Origin: Candidatus Woesearchaeota archaeon
GTDB taxonomy: Archaea > Nanobdellota > Nanobdellia > SCGC-AAA011-G17 > PNOQ01
DNA length: 64,000 nucleotides
Direction: 5' to 3'
NCBI GenBank assembly: GCA_964474895.1
Contig: CAYYUK010000001.1
Location: 13,994-77,993, forward strand
Positions 57,948 through 64,000 of the stretch are shown piece by piece. The position numbers and the translations under genes were made by a program. The notes beneath the pieces were generated by a model. That model was not told the DNA's origin. It saw only the letters and a list, made by a program, of their open reading frames with translations, and searched no databases. The stretch's first letter is position 1. Every line of letters begins with the position of its first letter.

Positions 57948-58253
57948 ATGGTAGCTGCAAGAAGAACTACAAAAAGAAAAACTGCAAGAAGAACTACAGC
58001 ACGTAGAACTGTTGCAAAAAGAAAGACAGCAACACGAAGAACTGCTGTTAAGAAAAGAACTACTGCACGAAGAACTACTGCAAAAAGAGCTGTAAGAAGA
58101 ACAACGGCTAAGAGAGCTGTAAGAAGAACAACAGCACGTAGAACTACTGCAAAAAAAGCTGTAAGAAGAACAACAGCTAAGAGAGCTGCAGGAAGAACTA
58201 CTGCAAAGAGAAGAACTACTGCACGTAGAACAGCTGTAAGAAGGAGAAGATAG
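57948..58253 (+). CDS. highly basic low-complexity repeat protein (RRTTAK(R/K)AV repeats)
   Basis: 101 aa, about 45% Arg+Lys, roughly 10 tandem 9-aa repeats (27-nt DNA repeats); TATA-like box and strong SD upstream. Confidence 0.6.
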   Translation: MVAARRTTKRKTARRTTARRTVAKRKTATRRTAVKKRTTARRTTAKRAVRRTTAKRAVRRTTARRTTAKKAVRRTTAKRAAGRTTAKRRTTARRTAVRRRR

Positions 58254-58316
58254 TTTCTCCTTTATTTTTTTTCTTATCAAAACTTATTTATATCCCAATT
58301 TTTATTTTCAGTTAGT

Positions 58317-59246
58317 ATGAAGATTGTTGTTGCTCTTGGTGGGAATGCATTAACCTCTGGAAGGGGTAAGAATACCTATGTAAGTACTATTAATAGTTTG
58401 AAAAGAATTTCTATAATCTTGGCTGATTTGGTAAAGAAAAAACATAATCTTGTTATTACACATGGTTCGGGTCCACAGGCGGGCGCACTTTTGTTACAGA
58501 ATGAATTGTCAAAGAAAAAAGTTTCTAAACTGCCCCTTGATGTACTTGATGCAGAGGTGCAAGGACAGCTTGGTTATTTAATAGAGCAAACTTTACTTAA
58601 TACATTAAATGAACATAGGTTGAGAAAATCTGTTGTCACCTTACTTACACAAGTTGTAGTTGATAGAAAGGATCCTTCTTTTAGACGCCCAAGTAAACCT
58701 ATTGGACAGTTTTATACTAAAACACAACTTAATAAGATAAAGAAGAAAGGTGCTACATACAAAGAAGATTCTGGTAGAGGTTATAGGAGATTTGTTGCAA
58801 GCCCTTATCCTTTGGAGATTGTTGAATCAAAAACAATAAAGAATTTAGTTAAGAAAGGCATAATTGTTATTGCAACTGGTGGTGGTGGGATTCCTGTTTG
58901 TAAGAAAGATGGTCAACTATTTGGTATTGAAGCTGTTATAGACAAAGATTTGGCAAGTAGTGTTTTGGCTAATCAAGTTAAAGCAGATGTTCTACTCATT
59001 GTTACTAGCATCGATAGGGCTTATCTTAATTTTAGAAAAAAGAATCAAAAAGGTTTAAATAAAGTTAAATTGAAAGATGCTATAGTGTACTTGAAACAGG
59101 GACATTTTGCAGAAGGAAGTATGGCTCCAAAAATAATGTCTGCAATTGAGTTTTTGAAAAAAGGTGGTAAGAAAGTTATAATTACTGATCCAGGAAACAT
59201 ATCAAAGTCTATTGCAGGTATGGCTGGAACTACAATAATAAAATGA
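58317..59246 (+). CDS. arcC: carbamate kinase
   Basis: MKIVVALGGNAL N-terminus and amino-acid kinase fold; 309 aa. Confidence 0.88.
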   Translation: MKIVVALGGNALTSGRGKNTYVSTINSLKRISIILADLVKKKHNLVITHGSGPQAGALLLQNELSKKKVSKLPLDVLDAEVQGQLGYLIEQTLLNTLNEHRLRKSVVTLLTQVVVDRKDPSFRRPSKPIGQFYTKTQLNKIKKKGATYKEDSGRGYRRFVASPYPLEIVESKTIKNLVKKGIIVIATGGGGIPVCKKDGQLFGIEAVIDKDLASSVLANQVKADVLLIVTSIDRAYLNFRKKNQKGLNKVKLKDAIVYLKQGHFAEGSMAPKIMSAIEFLKKGGKKVIITDPGNISKSIAGMAGTTIIK

Positions 59247-59292
59247 AAAAAAGAGTTATTGCTATTAAAAGAGACTTAATTTTAAAAAATAG

Positions 59293-59364
59293 TGGGCGCG
59301 GAAGGAATTGAACCTTCATTTCTATCGGGTAAGGATAGCGTCCTAACCATTGGACTACGCGCCG
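59293..59364 (-). tRNA. atypical tRNA-like gene (Val, anticodon TAC?)
   Basis: Cloverleaf-like: D-arm GTCC-AATGGTTA-GGAC, anticodon arm CTATC-CTTACCC-GATAG, T-arm GAAGG-TTCAATT-CCTTC; but C at position 37 and a C1-C72 mismatch. Confidence 0.45.
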
Positions 59365-59368
59365 ATAA

Positions 59369-60145
59369 TCAAATGAAACAATTTGATGTCTCAAAGTATG
59401 CAATATGGTCTAATTTAGATTTATTAAGCTTTCTAAACAAGTTAATTGATTGTTGGAAATTTTGCCAAGAACATTTTGGCAAAATGAATATTGAAGTATC
59501 AATTTTTTGTTCAATTAGATCTAGGTAGTACATTACCAATGCTGAGATACAATAATTGTCTGCTTTTTCATATTTTTTGTTTATCTTATTTCTCCTAATC
59601 AGATGTTCAATTCTATTGCTTAGTTTTTTCTCAGTAAAAATAACTTCTTTGTTCCACCCACAAGGCAAAACATCTTTTTCTGTTAATCCATGTTTTTTTA
59701 GGATTCTCTTAAACTTTTTTGGCAACTGGATTTTTTTAAAGATTATTTTACGAGATTTTTTGGTTAACCCTATATCATTTAACATCAAAGAGATTTTAGC
59801 ATTAATATTTTTCTCTTTAAGAGATTTTACTAATTGACAACCTAGAGACCAAGTCTTGGTTGGGTTTCTTCCAATATCTTCATAATCGTCACTATTTGGG
59901 ATAAAATGTCCGGCATTAACAACTATACTTTTATTTTTGAGATATTTTACAACCTTATTACTAAATACCTTAAAATTTGCTTGTTCTTTTTTTTCAGTAA
60001 TGGAATCATAGTAGTTAAAATTTAATTTAGATAACTCCTTCCATTTTGTACATATTGGATCTTTGAAATTATTTTTATTTAGCATTATTATGCAAAGATA
60101 ACCATACTTAATAAATTTTTGGATGAATTGTAGTCTTCTTGACAC
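59369..60145 (-). CDS. hypothetical K-rich protein
   Basis: 258-aa ORF with very low GC; no motif recognised. Confidence 0.4.
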   Translation of the reverse strand: MSRRLQFIQKFIKYGYLCIIMLNKNNFKDPICTKWKELSKLNFNYYDSITEKKEQANFKVFSNKVVKYLKNKSIVVNAGHFIPNSDDYEDIGRNPTKTWSLGCQLVKSLKEKNINAKISLMLNDIGLTKKSRKIIFKKIQLPKKFKRILKKHGLTEKDVLPCGWNKEVIFTEKKLSNRIEHLIRRNKINKKYEKADNYCISALVMYYLDLIEQKIDTSIFILPKCSWQNFQQSINLFRKLNKSKLDHIAYFETSNCFI

Positions 60146-60200
60146 GTTGACATGGACGCGCGTGAGCTATTTAAATATAATTCTATAACTGGTATTGTGA

Positions 60201-61160
60201 AATCAGATAGTAAATAAAATAAAATTTAACAGGAATCCTGAATTAAATAAAGATGTTTCCTGGCTTATTGGGTTCTACTTGGCCGAAGGACTTAGAAAAA
60301 CTAAAGATTCAATAGGCGTAAGTAATGCAGAACCTTACCTAATACTTAAATCTCTTGGAATATTTGAAAAGTATTTTTGGATTAAAACTGATAATTGGAA
60401 AGTATTCATAAAAACAGATGAAAGAGAGAAAAGTAAATTGAGAAAAATATTAAATAAGTGGGATAACAATCTTGGACTGGTTACTAGATCATCTTATTCT
60501 AGTTTGGCTAAAAATCAAGCTGTTGATGTGAGGCTAAACAGCAGAATTTTAAATAAATTCCTAAAAGATTATATCAAAAAATCCCTAGCATTGATATCTA
60601 AAGATAGAACTCTATCTGAATACTTCTTAAGAGGTTATTTTGTTGGAGATGGATGTCCTATCAAAAGAAAGGATCAAATACACAGTATAACAATAACAAC
60701 AAAAGAAGAAACCCATTTAAAATTTTTGGTTGAGATTATGAACTTCTTTTTTGGTAAGATGCCAAACGTTAGATTGACTAAAAAATCTTACGAAATTTAT
60801 TATTGTGCTGTTGGAATAATAACTGAAGCGATACTTGCTAAGATTTTTATAGATTCGGAGAGACAGTGGAATAAATTTGTAAATGGGTATAAAAATAAAC
60901 AATACACGCGAGCGAGGATAAAATATTGGAAAGAAATTGCTTTTCATTCTTTAACCTCTTATGAAATAGCCAAATTATCTGGAAATTCTCATTGGTCTGT
61001 AAGTGATGCTTTGAATAAAGATATTAAACTTGGATTAGTTGATTCATCTTGCAAACAAATACATAAATTTGGTGCACCTGCCAAGAGTTATTCGTTAAGT
61101 TTAAAAGGATTGAAATTGTTAAACCTCTTAGAAGGGGTAGATAGTTATGAAAAAATATAG
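60201..61160 (+). mobile_element. LAGLIDADG-family homing endonuclease gene (double-motif), lacking a canonical ATG start
   Basis: First motif DVSWLIGFYLAEG (60252-60290) and second EYFLRGYFVGDGC; open frame starts after the stop at 60198-60200 with no in-frame ATG before the first motif (first TTG at 60279). Confidence 0.6.
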
Positions 61161-62448
61161 AGTTATTATTTCGGGGGCAGGGGGGCGTGATTTTTCAAAT
61201 TATCTAGTTTATTTCAAGAAAAACCCCAATTATGAAGTTGTTGCATTTACTGCTGCACAGATTCCTGGAATTGAAAAGAGAGTTTTCCCAAAGAAGTTAG
61301 CAAAAGGAAAAAGCATTCCTATTTATTCTGAAGAGAATCTTACTAAATTGATCAAATCTTTGAAAATTGATTATGTTTTCTTGAGTTATTCTGATCTTAG
61401 TGACCAATATGTTATGAATTTTGCATCAAAAGTTTTGAGTGCTGGCGCAAACTTTGGTTTACTTGGAACTAAAGATACTTATGTCAAATCTAAAAAACCT
61501 GTAATTGCTGTGACTGCTGTTAGAACTGGTTCTGGGAAAAGTCAAACTTCTAGAGCTATTGCTGAAATTTTAAGGAAGAAAGGTAAGAAAGTTGTTGCTA
61601 TCAGACATTCAATGCCTTATGGTAATCTGTTGAAACAAACATCTCAAAGATTTGAGAAAGAATCTGATTTTAAGAAGTATAAAACAACGATTGAAGAAGA
61701 AGAGGAATATCAACCTTGGATTGATCATGGCTTTGTTGTTTATTCCGGATTTGATTATAAGGAAATATTAAGTAAGGCCGAGAAAGAAGCAGATGTTATT
61801 ATATTTGATGGTGGAAACAATGATATCTCTTTTATTAAACCTGATTTGTTAATTACTGTTGTTGATCCGCATAGAGCTGGACATGAGTTGACTTATTATC
61901 CTGGTTTCGTTAATTTTCTTATGGCAGATGTTATTGTTGTGAATAAAGTAGATAGTGCTAAGAAAAAAGATATTGAAACTGTAAAATGGAATATCTTTAA
62001 GCACAATCCGGGGGCGGCTGTTGTTTTGGCCAAATCTGAATTGTTGATAAATAAGTCTGGTTCAATAAAGGGAAAAAGATGTGTTGTTGTTGGTGATGGT
62101 CCTACTTTAACCCATGGTGGTATGGGTTATGGTGCGGGATCCATTGCTGTTAGAAGACATGGTGGGAAATTTGTAAATGCTAAGAAATATGCTGTTGGTT
62201 CTTTGAAGAAGACTTTTAAAAAATATTCCCACTTGAATGAGGTTCCTGCAATGGGCTATAGTGGAAAACAGATTAAGGAATTAGAAAAAACAGTTAATCG
62301 GACTCCTTGTGATGTTGTTATTGATGGTACTCCTGCAAATTTGAAGAAATTGATTTCTGTGAATAAACCAATGATTGAAGTTGATTATGAATTGGGTGAA
62401 GATTCTGTTAGACATCTAAAGAATATTCTTTCGAGGAAGTTGAAATGA
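61147..62448 (+). CDS. P-loop NTPase-domain protein, possibly cyclic 2,3-diphosphoglycerate synthetase-like
   Basis: Walker A AVRTGSGKSQTS in the middle of a 433-aa protein with N-terminal Rossmann-like VIISGAGGRD; sits between carbamate kinase and carbamoyltransferase. Confidence 0.35.
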   Translation: MKKYRVIISGAGGRDFSNYLVYFKKNPNYEVVAFTAAQIPGIEKRVFPKKLAKGKSIPIYSEENLTKLIKSLKIDYVFLSYSDLSDQYVMNFASKVLSAGANFGLLGTKDTYVKSKKPVIAVTAVRTGSGKSQTSRAIAEILRKKGKKVVAIRHSMPYGNLLKQTSQRFEKESDFKKYKTTIEEEEEYQPWIDHGFVVYSGFDYKEILSKAEKEADVIIFDGGNNDISFIKPDLLITVVDPHRAGHELTYYPGFVNFLMADVIVVNKVDSAKKKDIETVKWNIFKHNPGAAVVLAKSELLINKSGSIKGKRCVVVGDGPTLTHGGMGYGAGSIAVRRHGGKFVNAKKYAVGSLKKTFKKYSHLNEVPAMGYSGKQIKELEKTVNRTPCDVVIDGTPANLKKLISVNKPMIEVDYELGEDSVRHLKNILSRKLK

Positions 62449-63332
62449 AACATTTTTTGACATTGAAAGATTATAGTTCTAAGGAGTTGTTGGGTTTAAT
62501 TAAACTTGGTCGTAAGATAAAGATGACTCCTTCTAAGTATGAGAATAAATTGAGGGGGAAAGTTCTTCTTATGTTATTTGCCAAACCTAGTTTGAGAACT
62601 CGCTTGAGTTTTGAAATTGGAATGCTTGGTCTTGGAGGTCATGCAATCTTTTATGATATTTCTACAAGTCCTTTAGGTAAGAAGGAGAGTATTAGAGATG
62701 GTTCTGCGGTTTCTACGCGTTATGTTGATATTGTAATGGCTCGTTTGTATGAACATAAAGATATTGAAGAGTTTGCTTCTCATTCTTCTGTTCCTGTAAT
62801 TAATGGTTTGACCAATAGTTATCATCCTTGTCAGGCTCTTGGTGATATGTTGACTATTTGGGAGAAGTTTCATGGGTTTAATGTTAAATTAGCTTATTTG
62901 GGTGATGCTAATAACAATGTTACTCATTCTTTGATGTATGCTTGCTCTAAATTGGGTGTTAAAATGCAAATTGCTTGTCCTAAGTCTAAAGAGTTTATGC
63001 CTGATTCTCGGGTTGTAAAAGAAACTGGAGTTAAAGTTGTTAGTTTGAAAGAAGCAGTTAGGGGTGCTGACGTTATTTATTCTGATTCTTGGAGATCATA
63101 TCATATTAAAGATAGTCAGATGAAACGTAGGTTGAAGGCTTTGAAAAAATATCAAGTTAATTCTAAAACTTTTGGTCGCAAAGCTTTGTTTATGCACTGT
63201 TTGCCCGCTACACGTGGTGAAGAAGTTACTGATCAAGTTATGGATAGTCCTAGAAGTGTTATTCTAGATCAGGCAGAGAATCGTGAGCATATTGAGAAAG
63301 CTATTATGTTGAAGTTGATGCGGAAGGGTTGA
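62445..63332 (+). CDS. ornithine-type carbamoyltransferase (OTC/ATC superfamily)
   Basis: STRTR carbamoyl-phosphate motif (PSLRTRLSFE), HPCQ, HCLP(A)TRGEEV. Confidence 0.8.
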   Translation: MKHFLTLKDYSSKELLGLIKLGRKIKMTPSKYENKLRGKVLLMLFAKPSLRTRLSFEIGMLGLGGHAIFYDISTSPLGKKESIRDGSAVSTRYVDIVMARLYEHKDIEEFASHSSVPVINGLTNSYHPCQALGDMLTIWEKFHGFNVKLAYLGDANNNVTHSLMYACSKLGVKMQIACPKSKEFMPDSRVVKETGVKVVSLKEAVRGADVIYSDSWRSYHIKDSQMKRRLKALKKYQVNSKTFGRKALFMHCLPATRGEEVTDQVMDSPRSVILDQAENREHIEKAIMLKLMRKG

Positions 63333-63340
63333 GATTTATT

Positions 63341-63733
63341 TTAATTTGTTGATATTCCAATAGCAATTATAATTATTATTAAAATTAAGAATATTATTCC
63401 CATTGTAATTCCTATTTCTTTTGCAGGATTTCCGAGTTTATTGTGCCAAAGATTGCTTTCATAATAATGCCCTACAGCATTGTAATAATTGCATTGTTTT
63501 TCTTTTTTTATTTTATTTATTCTTTCTTCAGTAGATAAATCAATAGCTATACTTTTCGCCTCTTTGATATATTTTTTTATTGTTGGTGTGCCTACCCCCC
63601 AAAGAGTAGCTAATTTATTTATATCGTTACACTTCTTTTTTAATAGGTAGCTTGTTAATAGAATTCTATCTCTCTTTAGTCTGCTTCTTTCTTCAGCTTC
63701 AAGCATATGAACCCATTGCCCACTCTTATTCAT
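63341..63733 (-). CDS. membrane-anchored helix-turn-helix protein
   Basis: HTH-like INKLATLWGVGTPTIKKYIKEAK plus C-terminal TM helix. Confidence 0.4.
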   Translation of the reverse strand: MNKSGQWVHMLEAEERSRLKRDRILLTSYLLKKKCNDINKLATLWGVGTPTIKKYIKEAKSIAIDLSTEERINKIKKEKQCNYYNAVGHYYESNLWHNKLGNPAKEIGITMGIIFLILIIIIIAIGISTN

Positions 63734-63972
63734 TTTACCTTCTTACTTTTATCATTGATTTTCTTCCAACCCCACAAACCAAAAACTAAACCAGCTATTC
63801 CCCAAATAATTATATTAAGTGTAACATAAAATTCTTCTTCAAAAATAAATTTAGTAAAAAACCAAAAGAATATAAACATAAGTAGTGCATACCGGCCTCC
63901 ATATGTTAGAACATAATTCCATTTTCCCTGTTTAAGTATTTCCTCAAGTTTCTTTTTTTCTTCTTTATTCAT
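63730..63972 (-). CDS. small two-TM membrane protein
   Basis: 80 aa, two hydrophobic helices, 4-nt overlap with downstream gene. Confidence 0.35.
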   Translation of the reverse strand: MNKEEKKKLEEILKQGKWNYVLTYGGRYALLMFIFFWFFTKFIFEEEFYVTLNIIIWGIAGLVFGLWGWKKINDKSKKVK

Positions 63973-64000
63973 AAGATTCTATGTTATTTCAATCCTTATA

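Noticed and set aside
58040-58240. Tandem 27-nt DNA repeats (possible CRISPR-like array?)
   Set aside because: The repeats are contiguous without spacers, imperfect, and in frame within a coding sequence. It is a protein repeat, not a CRISPR array.
57927-58280. 117-aa Ser/Cys-rich ORF on the minus strand
   Set aside because: It is the antisense reading of the 27-nt tandem repeats encoding the basic RRTTAK protein. The plus-strand gene has a strong SD and TATA box; the minus-strand ORF has neither.
59292-59528. 78-aa plus-strand ORF
   Set aside because: It overlaps the tRNA-like gene completely and runs into the 3' end of the minus-strand 258-aa gene. It is most likely spurious.
60279-60281. 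TTG as start codon of the homing-endonuclease ORF
   Set aside because: The first LAGLIDADG motif lies upstream of this TTG, so it cannot be the native start. The gene is more likely N-terminally decayed or uses another start.

Overview
The window is a low-GC (roughly 30%) archaeal chromosome segment. Gene content and order fit a small-genome DPANN-type archaeon: a leaderless TATA-promoter style, eukaryote-like replication, transcription and translation genes, and ribosomal proteins with Lys/Glu-rich tails. It is dominated by core information-processing genes, several non-ribosomal genes embedded among them, nine tRNA genes and a few accessory islands.

Core genes:
- Cell division and secretion: FtsZ with SecE-Spt5-L11, L37Ae-RpoP-prefoldin beta, and SepF.
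- A thiol-redox trio: ZPR1-like zinc finger, glutaredoxin and TrxB.
- Replication: RFC small and large subunits, MCM, primase PriS, topoisomerase VI B/A.
- Transcription and translation factors: TBP, aIF5A, aIF2beta, aIF1A.
- Aminoacyl-tRNA synthetases: IleRS, and MetRS split from its tRNA-binding domain.
- A large ribosomal-protein/SecY operon running L3 through L15 and SecY, with SUI1 and RNase P p29 embedded, followed by a DUF106 membrane protein, L34e, L14e and prefoldin alpha.
- Others: Alba, a NUDIX hydrolase, an MGMT-like protein, a Kef/CPA2 antiporter, RtcB with archease, and a HIT hydrolase.

tRNA genes found by eye: Pro, Asn, Ile, Glu, Gln, Met(CAT), Ala, and one atypical Val-like gene. 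No CRISPR array or rRNA was seen.

The most unusual content:
- A three-gene low-GC island (28173-31770) encoding an APH/choline-kinase-fold kinase, a 552-aa group II PLP-dependent decarboxylase-like enzyme and a Pol-beta-nucleotidyltransferase-like protein. It sits next to a GC-rich type IV pilin-like gene and a membrane Lon-like protease.
- A highly basic RRTTAK-repeat protein with a strong Shine-Dalgarno site.
- A LAGLIDADG homing-endonuclease gene lacking a canonical start, inserted together with a K-rich orphan gene and an atypical tRNA into a carbamate kinase / P-loop protein / ornithine-carbamoyltransferase cluster.
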